Below, piece by piece: positions 8,695-17,713 of a stretch of DNA of 64,000 nt (position 1 is its first letter; every line of letters begins with the position of its first letter). Source of the stretch: Acidimicrobiia bacterium (GTDB lineage Bacteria; Actinomycetota; Acidimicrobiia; Spongiisociales; ZC4RG35). The stretch spans positions 22,070 to 86,069 of the forward strand of contig JBEVJN010000065.1 in the NCBI GenBank assembly GCA_040510135.1. The letters are read 5' to 3'. Below the pieces are notes generated by a model that was not told where the DNA came from, ran no database searches, and saw only the letters and a list, made by a program, of their open reading frames with translations. The translations under genes and the position numbers were made by a program.

Positions 8695-10191
8695 CTAGAT
8701 CAGACCGTTACTCCACGGCCCCCAGATGGCGTAAGTAATGCCGTTGGCTTGCATGTTGGCATAGAGCACCTGACCCCCGGGCCCAAAGGTTGCTCCGGAG
8801 AACTCGTCGACCCCGCTTGCCACATTGTTCAGGGCGAAGTCGAATATGAGCCCGTCCCTCGTCAGGGCGCGGAGCATGTTGCCCGCCGAACTGTCCTCAC
8901 AGAGGATCACGCTCTTGCGACGTGGTGAAACAGTGATGTTGTCAGGGAAATCGAGAACATCCGGCCCCGGTGACTCGAACACCAGGGTCAATGTCTCATT
9001 GGTGATGTCGTACATCCAGACCTGGCCATACCCGCCACCGAAGCCTGCGCTCCCGTTGGGGGGTGGATCCGAGTCGAAGGGGCCGCCTCCCTCCGTAGAG
9101 ACGAAGAAGATCTTCCCGTCGAAGTAGTCCATCCCCTCCAGGCGAGAGAATCGGGCCCCCCCTTTTGACTCCCCCTCCTGGAAGACCACGCGTGCCGCTT
9201 CGTCGTTGCTCAGGCCAGGCGCGAATTCGGGGTCGGGAACCTCGATTGGGATCCAAGCGACTCGATAGGTGGTTCCTGGAGCCTGGTCGGCGTGAAGATC
9301 CATGGTCACCGGTTCGGAGGCGCCGGGAGGAATCACGCCCAGGATCTGCAAAGCACCTCCATCGGCAATCCGCTTGTCCTCGTCAGGCCGATTGGGCGGG
9401 CGGTAGCGGTAGAAACCCGATGCATATGCGAAGTCGTCCTCCGTCATGTACACATCGCCAGTTCCCGGGTCGACGGCGGCGGCCTCGTGAGCGAAGCGCC
9501 CAGCCGCGACGATCGGATCGGCGACCTCCAGCTCACCGGGTCCGCGCGAGACCGGGACCTCGAACAGGTAGCCGTGTTTCTGGGTGTAGGTGAGATCGTC
9601 CGGGTCATTGGGCCCGATCAGGAAGCTGCGCTGCTGGTCCACCCCATTAGGAGTTTCTTCGCAGGTCAGCCAGGTCCCCCACGGGCTGGCGCCACCGGCA
9701 CAGTTGAAGGTTGTGCCATTGAGGCTCACCCAACTGCTGACCGCGTCGGCGGTCGGGGAGATCTCCAGCGTGGTGGTGCCCCCAGGAGCGGCAGGATCGT
9801 AGGCATGGCCGAGGTCCCCGAAGGCGCCCACCGGATTCGGCTGGGTCTGCTCGTGATTCCGAACGATCCGAACCTTCCCTTGTTTCCAGGAGAACACGGC
9901 CATCCCGTCATGACGACCAGGAGTCAAAGTCGCCTCTTCGGTCAGCGGAGTGTTCCGGACCCCGAACGACCGATACTGGAAGCCCTCCGGCAGGAACAAG
10001 CGCTCCACGCCGTCCCGCAGGTCGCGCACAGCAACGAGCGGACCATAACCCCCGTTCTGTGCGGCGAACTTGGGCCCTGCATTGGCAGCGCGGGCGGACA
10101 AACCAACGAACGGCCCCACGGTGGAACCGAGAGTCGCGACGACCACGGCGGCACTCTTCTGCAAGAAGTCGCGACGGCTGATGGCGGCCAT
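8695..10191 (-). CDS. Tat-exported PhoX-like / DUF839 family protein (putative phosphatase)
   Basis: 498 aa with the twin-arginine signal MAAISRRDFLQKSAAVVVATLG. The body resembles the DUF839/PhoX beta-propeller family. Confidence 0.7.
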   Translation of the reverse strand: MAAISRRDFLQKSAAVVVATLGSTVGPFVGLSARAANAGPKFAAQNGGYGPLVAVRDLRDGVERLFLPEGFQYRSFGVRNTPLTEEATLTPGRHDGMAVFSWKQGKVRIVRNHEQTQPNPVGAFGDLGHAYDPAAPGGTTTLEISPTADAVSSWVSLNGTTFNCAGGASPWGTWLTCEETPNGVDQQRSFLIGPNDPDDLTYTQKHGYLFEVPVSRGPGELEVADPIVAAGRFAHEAAAVDPGTGDVYMTEDDFAYASGFYRYRPPNRPDEDKRIADGGALQILGVIPPGASEPVTMDLHADQAPGTTYRVAWIPIEVPDPEFAPGLSNDEAARVVFQEGESKGGARFSRLEGMDYFDGKIFFVSTEGGGPFDSDPPPNGSAGFGGGYGQVWMYDITNETLTLVFESPGPDVLDFPDNITVSPRRKSVILCEDSSAGNMLRALTRDGLIFDFALNNVASGVDEFSGATFGPGGQVLYANMQANGITYAIWGPWSNGLI

Positions 10192-10257
10192 GTGCCCTCC
10201 TTCTCTGTTGCAGAGGAGAGATAACCTACACCTCCGACCGATGCGCAGTCAGGGCGC

Positions 10258-10686
10258 GTGAGCGAACTTCGAATGATCGACCGAGACCAGACTCAGAAGA
10301 TGATCGACGCCCTGGTAGAACGGGCCCGAGCGCTTACCGATGACGATCGGGTCCGGCTGGCAGCGGCACGAGGAACGATCGAGGAGTCCTTCCACGCCGG
10401 GGCCTGGCGCGCCGCCTTTGAGATGCTCCCTGTCCGGGCAGAGATGTACGCCTCGGCGTGGCAGCGGATTGGACCTGCCTTCGTGCCGGAGCGACTGCTC
10501 GAGGTGGTTGAGATGGGGGACGAAGCCGACCCCGCCGAGCGGGAGGATTGGCAGGAGGTGGCCCGCCTTGTCCGGCTTGGGATCGACGACGAACTCCTGG
10601 CTCTGCTCACCTCTGACCTCATCCCGCCGCCTCATCTCCGGCAACTTCACATGTCCTGGGCCTCGATGGTCGAGCACTCGCGATAG
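10258..10686 (+). CDS. Hypothetical protein
   Basis: 142-aa acidic ORF with a GTG start. No recognisable motif. Coding-like G/C at third codon positions. Confidence 0.5.
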   Translation: MSELRMIDRDQTQKMIDALVERARALTDDDRVRLAAARGTIEESFHAGAWRAAFEMLPVRAEMYASAWQRIGPAFVPERLLEVVEMGDEADPAEREDWQEVARLVRLGIDDELLALLTSDLIPPPHLRQLHMSWASMVEHSR

Positions 10687-10760
10687 CCACAGGTCTGCCT
10701 CGACTTGACCTTTCCTGGTGATCGGGTTTACCCCGAGTCAACGCTGGGTAGGTCGGTCCG

Positions 10761-11888
10761 ATGGCCCGAGCCAATCGCCGCAGCGGGCGTCTCAGCTGGC
10801 TGGGAATTGTCTCGCTACTCGTCGTGACCGGAGCCTCGGTGGCCGTTGCACAGGAGACCCAGCTCGGCGGCAAGATCCAGTCGGGGAGCCAGATCACCAT
10901 CTCGGCCGATGAGACGGTCGATGGAGACCTCTATGCATCGGGGGGGCGGGTCCTCATCGAAGGCAGAGTGGATGGTGACGTGATCGCGGCAGCCGGCCAG
11001 GTGACCATCTCGGGTGACGTCAGCGGCGACCTCATGGCATCGGGCGGAGCGATAGACATCTCGGGAGAGGTCGGGGGCGATGCGAGGGTGGCCGCAGGAC
11101 AGACTTCCGTGAGCGGATCGATCGGCGAAGACCTGTTCGTCGCGTCGGGACAGACCACCATCTCGGATTCGGGCGAGGTGGGAGAGGATCTGGTGTTCGG
11201 GAGTGGTCGGATGACGATGAACGGGACGGTCGGCGGTGACGTGCTCGGCGCCGCTGGTGACTACGACCGCCAGGGGACCGTCATGGGGACCGAGGACGTG
11301 ACGATCCGGGAGGTCGAAGTTCCCACCACCGCCGATCGGATCGTGGACGCGCTGCAGCGGTTCATCAGCCTCCTTCTGGTCGCCGCACTATTCCTCTGGC
11401 TCGCGCCCCGGAGTGTCGAGGAACCCACTCTGATGCTGAGGCAGAGGCCTTGGACGTCTCTCGGGATCGGGTTCGTCGGTGTGATCGCGTTCGGTGTCGT
11501 CGTCTTTCTGGTGATCGTGGTGGCGGTCCTGCTGGCCATCGGCGTGGGGCTGGTGGGACTCAGCGATCTGGCCGGAACGATCATCTTCGCCGGCCTGGTG
11601 GCGGTCGCGGTGCTGGCCTTCCTTTTCTTCCTCGCCACCGTCTTCGGCGCACCCGCCTGGGTCGGCATGGCGCTGGTGAGCATCGGTCTCTCGTTGAACT
11701 CGACGGCACGTCGCTGGGTTGCCCTGATCATCGGCCTGGCCGTCGTCGTGGCGCTGACTTCGATTCCTGTCGCGGGTGGCTGGATCGGCCTCCTCGTCGC
11801 CCTATTCGGACTGGGCGCGGGAATCCTCGCTTTCCTCCCTCGCAGAACGACGCCAGTGTCGGTCGAACCATCTGGCATGTCGACTTGA
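10761..11888 (+). CDS. Membrane protein with bactofilin-like (polymer-forming cytoskeletal) repeat domain
   Basis: Has an N-terminal signal/anchor, then about 10 tandem ~19-aa G-D/E-hydrophobic repeats (GDVIAAAGQVTISGDVSGDLMASGGAIDISGEVGGDARVAAGQTSVSG...). The C-terminus has 4-5 TM helices. Confidence 0.65.
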   Translation: MARANRRSGRLSWLGIVSLLVVTGASVAVAQETQLGGKIQSGSQITISADETVDGDLYASGGRVLIEGRVDGDVIAAAGQVTISGDVSGDLMASGGAIDISGEVGGDARVAAGQTSVSGSIGEDLFVASGQTTISDSGEVGEDLVFGSGRMTMNGTVGGDVLGAAGDYDRQGTVMGTEDVTIREVEVPTTADRIVDALQRFISLLLVAALFLWLAPRSVEEPTLMLRQRPWTSLGIGFVGVIAFGVVVFLVIVVAVLLAIGVGLVGLSDLAGTIIFAGLVAVAVLAFLFFLATVFGAPAWVGMALVSIGLSLNSTARRWVALIIGLAVVVALTSIPVAGGWIGLLVALFGLGAGILAFLPRRTTPVSVEPSGMST

Positions 11889-11947
11889 GGCCGATCTGAA
11901 GATTCGGACGGGTAATCACCGCCCCAGCCACCACAGGAGGAGAAGAG

Positions 11948-12556
11948 ATGCAGGAACTGGTAGTGGACTTCATCACCTCACTCGATGGCTACGCCTCCGC
12001 TGAAGGCTGGCCCGGCTGGTGGGGACTCGAGAGCCCCGAGTATCTCGCCTGGCTCGACGAGCGGCCCGATCGCGACTACACGATCTTGATGGGTGCGAAC
12101 ACGTACCGACTGATGTACGGATTCGCCAGCGAATCCGAGGCAACGGAGTCGGCGGAGACAACCAACGAGGACGCCGCCATGGCTGAACTCACCAGAGCGC
12201 CCAAGGTGGTTTTCTCATCGACTATGGAGACCCCATTGTCGTGGGCCAATACCGAGCTGGTCAGCGGGGATCCGGTAGAGGCCGTGGGTGCGATGAAGCG
12301 GGAGGGCACCAGTATGAGCACGCTTGGCAGCCTCATTTTGTGCCGGTCGCTCCTCGAGGCGGGCCTGGTGGACCGTTTCCGGGTCGTCGTCTTCCCGGTG
12401 ATCACCGGGAAAACCGGCCGCGAGCGGATCTATGACGGCTATCCCGATGTCGCCCTCGAGATGGTTGCCAGCCGGACGTTCGACGAAAAAATCCAGTTGC
12501 TCGAGTATGTCCCCACGGTGCTCACCGGCCCGCCCGACCCGCACCCTGCCCCCTGA
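11948..12556 (+). CDS. RibD C-terminal domain / dihydrofolate-reductase-like family protein
   Basis: 202 aa. Carries MQELVVDFITSLDGY...LMGANTYRLM...VVFPVITGKTG, typical of the RibD_C family. Confidence 0.75.
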   Translation: MQELVVDFITSLDGYASAEGWPGWWGLESPEYLAWLDERPDRDYTILMGANTYRLMYGFASESEATESAETTNEDAAMAELTRAPKVVFSSTMETPLSWANTELVSGDPVEAVGAMKREGTSMSTLGSLILCRSLLEAGLVDRFRVVVFPVITGKTGRERIYDGYPDVALEMVASRTFDEKIQLLEYVPTVLTGPPDPHPAP

Positions 12557-12616
12557 CGATCAACGCGGCCGGCTTCGGTCGACGATTCTCTGCCACCCAA
12601 GGCACAATGCGTAGCT

Positions 12617-13750
12617 GTGCAGCTGGTCGTCACCGCCTTCGTCACCCTGGACGGCGTGATCGAGGCGCCTGGATTCGATGAGCACCGCGATGGCAGAAAC
12701 GCCTGGGCCCTGCGGGTTCAGAATGAAGACGACGAGCGATACAACCGGCACCAAGCCTTCACCGCTGACGCCTACCTTCTGGGCCGGAAGACATATCAGA
12801 TCTGGGCCGCGTTCTGGCCGACGGCCACCGGTGACGAGGAGCTCGCCGAGCGAGTGAACGGGATCCCCAAATATGTGGTTTCCAACACGTTGACAAGAGC
12901 CGACTGGAACAACTCGACACTGATCAGCGGCGATGTGGTTTCTCAAGTGATCGACCTCAAGAAGCGGCCGGGTGGTGACCTCGTCGTCTACGGCAGCCCC
13001 GACCTCGTGGACCTTCTTCTGAAGCACGACCTCGTCGACGAATATCGCTTGCTTATCTACCCCACCATCCTGGGGAGCGGGAAGCACATGTTCCGCGACG
13101 GGATCGATACCCACTATCTGCAGCTCGTCGGCACACAGACCTTCAGCTCCGGAGTTGTTCTCCTGACCTACCAGCCTCAGCGAGAGGAGCCCACCAGCCG
13201 ATATGTGGCGGACTTTGCCTGGACCCAGGAACAGGTTCGCTCCCTGCAGGCTGCCCAGGACGTGGATCGGGTGCTGGCCTCCGTGCTGTTCACCGACCTG
13301 GTCGATTCAACCGGGCGGGCCGCACAGCTCGGCGACCGCGCCTGGCGACGTCTCATCGACCGTCACGACGAGATGGCCCGCTCCGAGGTCGAACGATGGA
13401 TGGGCCGGTTCGTCAAGAGCACTGGAGACGGAGTGCTGGCCACGTTCGACGCGCCCACCAGGGCTCTCCGTTGCGCCTTCGATCTCCGGGACGCCCTCGC
13501 TCGGCTGGGACTCGAGATGAGGGCCGCCATTCACACCGGTGAGATCGAAGTCCGCGACGCCGATGTCGGCGGCATCGCCATTCACATCGCAGCCCGTGCC
13601 CTGGGGTCAGCCTCGGCACATCAGGTGGTGGTGACCCGGACCGTCCTCGATCTCGCCACTGGCACCGATCTCGGCTTCGCTCCTCTGGGTTCGGTGAGCT
13701 TGCGTGGGATTCCGGGCCAATGGGAGCTGTTCGCCGCCTCGCTCACCTAG
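12617..13750 (+). CDS. Fusion protein: RibD_C/DHFR-like domain + class III adenylate/guanylate cyclase catalytic domain
   Basis: The N-terminal ~190 aa are paralogous to the upstream gene (MQLVVTAFVTLDGV...LLGRKTYQIW...LIYPTILGSGK). The C-terminal ~170 aa carry cyclase motifs (VLFTDLVDSTGRA, VKSTGDGVLATF, AIHTGEIEVRDADVGGIAIHIAARA). Confidence 0.8.
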   Translation: MQLVVTAFVTLDGVIEAPGFDEHRDGRNAWALRVQNEDDERYNRHQAFTADAYLLGRKTYQIWAAFWPTATGDEELAERVNGIPKYVVSNTLTRADWNNSTLISGDVVSQVIDLKKRPGGDLVVYGSPDLVDLLLKHDLVDEYRLLIYPTILGSGKHMFRDGIDTHYLQLVGTQTFSSGVVLLTYQPQREEPTSRYVADFAWTQEQVRSLQAAQDVDRVLASVLFTDLVDSTGRAAQLGDRAWRRLIDRHDEMARSEVERWMGRFVKSTGDGVLATFDAPTRALRCAFDLRDALARLGLEMRAAIHTGEIEVRDADVGGIAIHIAARALGSASAHQVVVTRTVLDLATGTDLGFAPLGSVSLRGIPGQWELFAASLT

Positions 13751-13817
13751 CCGGTGCGTTGAAACGGAGCCGACATCAAACCCTGCGATGATCAGAGCCT
13801 TCCGACCGAGGAGGTGC

Positions 13818-14237
13818 GTGACGCAACCGGACCTGCTGGAACTTCTCATCAGACACACCGAGGCTTGGAACCGCCACGACCTCGATGCTCTGATGGATCT
13901 CTTCGATGAAGCCTGCGTGTTCGAAGCGTCCGGTGGCGACGAGGTCTGCGGAAAGCGTTACCAGGGCTACACCCACGTCAAGGAGGCGTTCAGTGAGGTC
14001 TTCGGTTCGATGCCGGACGCAGAGTGGAGCAACGGGCGTCACTACGTCCTCGGGCCCGACTACGGGGTATCCGAGTGGACCCTCACCGGCAGTTTGCCCG
14101 ACGGGCGCCGCCTCGAGGTCAACGGCTGTGACTTTCTGACAGTGCGCGACGGAAAGATCCTCGTCAAGAATTCCTATCGCAAACAACGACCACCTATCGA
14201 GCCGTCAATAGGCGATTATCCACGATCTGGCTTCTGA
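13818..14237 (+). CDS. SnoaL-like / NTF2-fold protein
   Basis: LLELLIRHTEAWNRHDLDALMDLFDEACVFE is typical of the SnoaL family. GTG 13818 is preceded by GAGGAGG. An alternative ATG lies at 13788. The ORF-track start at 13704 overlaps the cyclase gene. Confidence 0.7.
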   Translation: MTQPDLLELLIRHTEAWNRHDLDALMDLFDEACVFEASGGDEVCGKRYQGYTHVKEAFSEVFGSMPDAEWSNGRHYVLGPDYGVSEWTLTGSLPDGRRLEVNGCDFLTVRDGKILVKNSYRKQRPPIEPSIGDYPRSGF

Positions 14238-14276
14238 GACATCCTCGTCGCGGTACGACGTTCGCCGAGAGAGTGA

Positions 14277-14951
14277 TCAACCGGCATCCTCTGCCCCGAG
14301 CCCTTGGCTGCTGTCCGCCGCACGCCCAGCGACAATGAGGAAGTACACGGAGATCAGCAGAACCCACGCCGGGAACACGAGTACCACCCAGAGGTTCACG
14401 TTGACCACGAAGAGAAGGACGAGGGCCAGGAAGTAGGTGGCGATGTCCAGCCAAACGGGGATCCTCCTCGTTCGGATCCCGATGGTCGCCAGTGACAGCA
14501 TGAAGACCGCCGCCATCCGCATCGAGTAGATGTTGCTGACCCGGTGGGTGAGGTCGCGGCCGAAGGTGTAGATCCCGGAGTCGACGATCCGATCGGGGAT
14601 CTCGGCATATGCGGCCAGCAGGGAGCTCGCTGCTGAAGCTGATACGAAGACCATCGCCAGATAGAGGAGGCCGCTGCCGAAGAAGACGGTGGAGAAGAAC
14701 CGATCCTCGTAATCACCAATGCGGTCTCGAACGACGCCCATGAACCAGAGAAAGGCGATCCCGGCGAACGGGATGAGGCCCAACGCCACCCGCACCGTGC
14801 CGGCGTTCTCAGCGAGCCATAGGCTCTCCCCGGGATCCTGCGGTATCGAGATGCGGATCAGGACGTAGGCGCTTCCCACGAGGAGGGCGAAGGCGATGCC
14901 TGCGATCGCCGCCGCACGGGGTGTTCGCAAACGTCTTCCGGAGAGCGTCAT
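14277..14951 (-). CDS. Integral membrane protein, unknown function
   Basis: The hydrophobic ORF has about 6 TM helices. The start is taken at ATG 14951 (MTLSGRRLRTPRAAAIAGIAFALLV), with an alternative at 14990. Confidence 0.55.
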   Translation of the reverse strand: MTLSGRRLRTPRAAAIAGIAFALLVGSAYVLIRISIPQDPGESLWLAENAGTVRVALGLIPFAGIAFLWFMGVVRDRIGDYEDRFFSTVFFGSGLLYLAMVFVSASAASSLLAAYAEIPDRIVDSGIYTFGRDLTHRVSNIYSMRMAAVFMLSLATIGIRTRRIPVWLDIATYFLALVLLFVVNVNLWVVLVFPAWVLLISVYFLIVAGRAADSSQGLGAEDAG

Positions 14952-15105
14952 ACCCCCAGTCTGGTCGTAGGAGGTCGCACCTCCGGCCATCAAGCCGTCC
15001 CCGCCGCCCGGGTCGCTGCTACGTTTTGCGTCGATGTGGGGTGGCCTCCATTCAGCTGCGACGCTCCGGACGAGGTCGAGATTGACGACCTCGCGGAGAC
15101 GGCAG

Positions 15106-15702
15106 ATGCACAGGATCGCCGGAATCGTCATCCTCGCCGTCGGCGTCGCATGCGGTGAGGAGTCGGATCCCGAGGTCCCTCCGACGACGATCGAGGCGAC
15201 TGTGACCACTTCGGCGGACGGCACGACCCCGTTGATTGGATCCTGGCACCGAGCCCAGACATGTGAAGAGATGCTCGCCGCGTTCGAGCAGGCGGGACTC
15301 GCCGAAACGCACCTCGGCTGGCTTCAGGGGAACTTCTTCGGCGGTGAGCCGGGCCCGACCTCGGGGGACCCGTGTGAAGGGGCGCAGGGACCGCTGGAGC
15401 ACGACCACTTCTTCACGACGGCCAATGCGTTCGGATCACACGACGAGAACGGCGAGGAAGTCGACCATGGTGATTTCGAGGTCGTCGATGATGACACAGT
15501 GGCCTTTCCATCCCACGCCTCCGAGTTTGGCTACGACGGTGATCTCGTCGTCGACTACACCGTGGACGGCGAGGTCGTGACCTTCGAGGTATCGCTACCC
15601 GAGGATTGCGTCGACGCCTGCGCCGAAGCGTACGCCTGGGCCCTATCCGCGTTTGCCTCCGGGCCATGGGAGCGAGGCGATGTGGTCATCCCATCGACCT
15701 GA
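15106..15702 (+). CDS. Putative lipoprotein, unknown function
   Basis: MHRIAGIVILAVGVAC|GEES is a lipobox-like signal. The mature part is acidic. Confidence 0.55.
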   Translation: MHRIAGIVILAVGVACGEESDPEVPPTTIEATVTTSADGTTPLIGSWHRAQTCEEMLAAFEQAGLAETHLGWLQGNFFGGEPGPTSGDPCEGAQGPLEHDHFFTTANAFGSHDENGEEVDHGDFEVVDDDTVAFPSHASEFGYDGDLVVDYTVDGEVVTFEVSLPEDCVDACAEAYAWALSAFASGPWERGDVVIPST

Positions 15703-16096
15703 ACGAACGACGGCGCCGCCCTAGCCGAGAACACCCGAGTGTGTGCCTACGGCCGCGCCGGTTGGGACAGGAGCGACCCGCCTCTGAACGAGCCGCGTAG
15801 CGCCAACGATGTCATCGACGATCCTCACAACCTGCTGGACCAGGTGTTCCAAATCCGTTGGGTGACATCGTTCCGGAGTTCGAGGGCAGGTTCGCCAAAG
15901 ACCCGGTGACGTTCCCGCGCCCCTGACCGTGGTCACCGCAACCCAGGGCTTTGGGGGCATGGAGGACCAGGCGACTTGGCTGGAGGCCAGCCCCGACGCC
16001 GACCAGATCGAGCTGGACGGGGGACATGAGATCTATCTCGACGACCCCACTGGGGCAGCCTCCGAAGTGCTGGTCTTGGTCCGACAGCAGGATTGA
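15703..16096 (+). pseudogene. Decayed alpha/beta-hydrolase gene remnant
   Basis: One frame reads ...RVCAYGRAGWDRSDPP...ANDVIDDPHNLLDQ, an N-proximal alpha/beta-hydrolase segment, then hits TGA at 15908-15910. The +1 frame, open from 15866, carries the C-terminal segment GDVPAPLTVVTATQGFGGMEDQATWLEASPDADQIELDGGHEIYLDDP...* . The N-terminus and the GxSxG nucleophile region are absent. Confidence 0.5.
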
Positions 16097-16114
16097 CCGA
16101 ACCCGCTGGAACAA

Positions 16115-17668
16115 TCAAGCTCGATTTAGGCGGTGCCGGCGCCAGACGATGACACCACACAACGCCGTCACGAGCACCCCGGCCACCACGGCAATCGCGG
16201 GCCACGGCAGTGGCGCCTCGATCACTTGCGAACCTTCCGAGTCAGTGATGGCTTCATCATCGACAAGCGGAGCGAACTCCGCGACCACCGTTGTGCCCGT
16301 GATCTCCGCGTCCGGCTGGAGCACTGCAGCCAGATGATGCATCTCGGAGGGGAGCAGCCGGAGCTCACCGACCGGGCCACCCTCGATAGGCATGACATTG
16401 AGGTGGGCGCCTGTCACACCACTCAGATCTTCGCCTACCCGCAACACCTGCCAACCGGGAGTGGCGGGGAGATGTGCGATGGTCTCGCTGGTGGTGTCGA
16501 TGAGGAGATTGTCGACGACATCGCTGGTCATGTCGGGATAGGAATAGGCGGCGAAGGTGTGATCGTCGACCCAGCCGATGCCATCGGCGGTCGCCATCGT
16601 CTCGCTCTGCCAGAGAAGCTCGCCGCTGGTCAAGTCGTAAAGGAAGAACGTCGAGTTACCGCCGGTGTCGTCGCGGTATCTCCACTCGGCGACCATCACC
16701 CGGTCGCCGGTGGGATCCACCCATGCCATCCCTGAGGGCTCGGAATCACCCGGATCCATCGGAGTTTCATGGAGCAGAGCGCGCTCCGTGCCATCCAGGT
16801 CGATGCGCCAAATGCTCCTGGCTGTTGGACCTTCTCCGCCAACGGCAAAACCGTTACCGACCTCGAGCCACCCATAAGGCCCCTCGACGATCGGTTGACC
16901 GATGTCCTCGGCATCCACGAGCCGGATCATCGAACCGCCGATCTCGGTCCAGTCGTCGACCGACAGCCACACCGTGTCGCCCGATTCGTCTCGGCACCAG
17001 ATTTTCGGCACCGCTTTCTCATAGGGGAGATTGTCGAGATCGACCCGACGGATCTCGGTCAGGTCGACCGTCGATCTCACCACCAAATCGTCGTTCATCA
17101 GCTCGACGAACCGATCGGTGCCCGGGCACATCGCCAAGCCGTTCATGGCCTCGCCCTCGGCGCCGACCGCGGCCACCAGGCCGCCGGCGGCGTCGATCAG
17201 CATCAGCCGGGCCGGGCCGTCGTACCCCGCGACGAGGAAGACCGGTGGCCCAGTGCCGTCAATGGCCATCGGGCTGTCCCCGGCCAGCAGAAGGTCGGGG
17301 TCGACCATCGCACAGAGGTTGCTGGTGAGCACACCGCTTTGCTCACTAACGAACAGTCCCACCCGCTCGCCGACCGGCGCCTCGATCCCGCAGGCCGAGC
17401 CTTGGTTGGGAGCGTGCACCACCACCTCGGAGCCGAAGTCGCCGCCCTTGACCCAGGACTCCACTTCGAAGGTGTAGGGGGCGTCCTCGACGAAGGTCGT
17501 CTCCGAGCCGGGACGATCGATCAGGGTCCCGACAAATGCGGCGTCGGCCTCGTCCAGGGCCACCGAAGGTATGATCGAAGCACAGGAACATGCCGATGCC
17601 TCACCGGCGCGGGTCACCACCAGCACCGTGGCGATGAGACCGAGGACCAAGAGACGCTTGCCCATCAC
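16115..17668 (-). CDS. Secreted, C-terminally membrane-anchored protein: N-terminal Cys-x-Cys (TIMP/NTR-like) module + beta-propeller-like body
   Basis: The signal peptide ends ...GEASA|CSCAS. The first ~100 mature residues (CSC...ADAAFVGTLI...YTFEVESWVKG...C...C) resemble NTR/TIMP-like OB modules. The C-terminal TM helix is PAIAVVAGVLVTALCGVIVW, followed by RRHR. Confidence 0.6.
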   Translation of the reverse strand: MMGKRLLVLGLIATVLVVTRAGEASACSCASIIPSVALDEADAAFVGTLIDRPGSETTFVEDAPYTFEVESWVKGGDFGSEVVVHAPNQGSACGIEAPVGERVGLFVSEQSGVLTSNLCAMVDPDLLLAGDSPMAIDGTGPPVFLVAGYDGPARLMLIDAAGGLVAAVGAEGEAMNGLAMCPGTDRFVELMNDDLVVRSTVDLTEIRRVDLDNLPYEKAVPKIWCRDESGDTVWLSVDDWTEIGGSMIRLVDAEDIGQPIVEGPYGWLEVGNGFAVGGEGPTARSIWRIDLDGTERALLHETPMDPGDSEPSGMAWVDPTGDRVMVAEWRYRDDTGGNSTFFLYDLTSGELLWQSETMATADGIGWVDDHTFAAYSYPDMTSDVVDNLLIDTTSETIAHLPATPGWQVLRVGEDLSGVTGAHLNVMPIEGGPVGELRLLPSEMHHLAAVLQPDAEITGTTVVAEFAPLVDDEAITDSEGSQVIEAPLPWPAIAVVAGVLVTALCGVIVWRRHRLNRA

Positions 17669-17713
17669 GCCACTTTGACGCGTGTCGGGGTCGAAAGGTT
17701 CCGGCTCGGCCGA

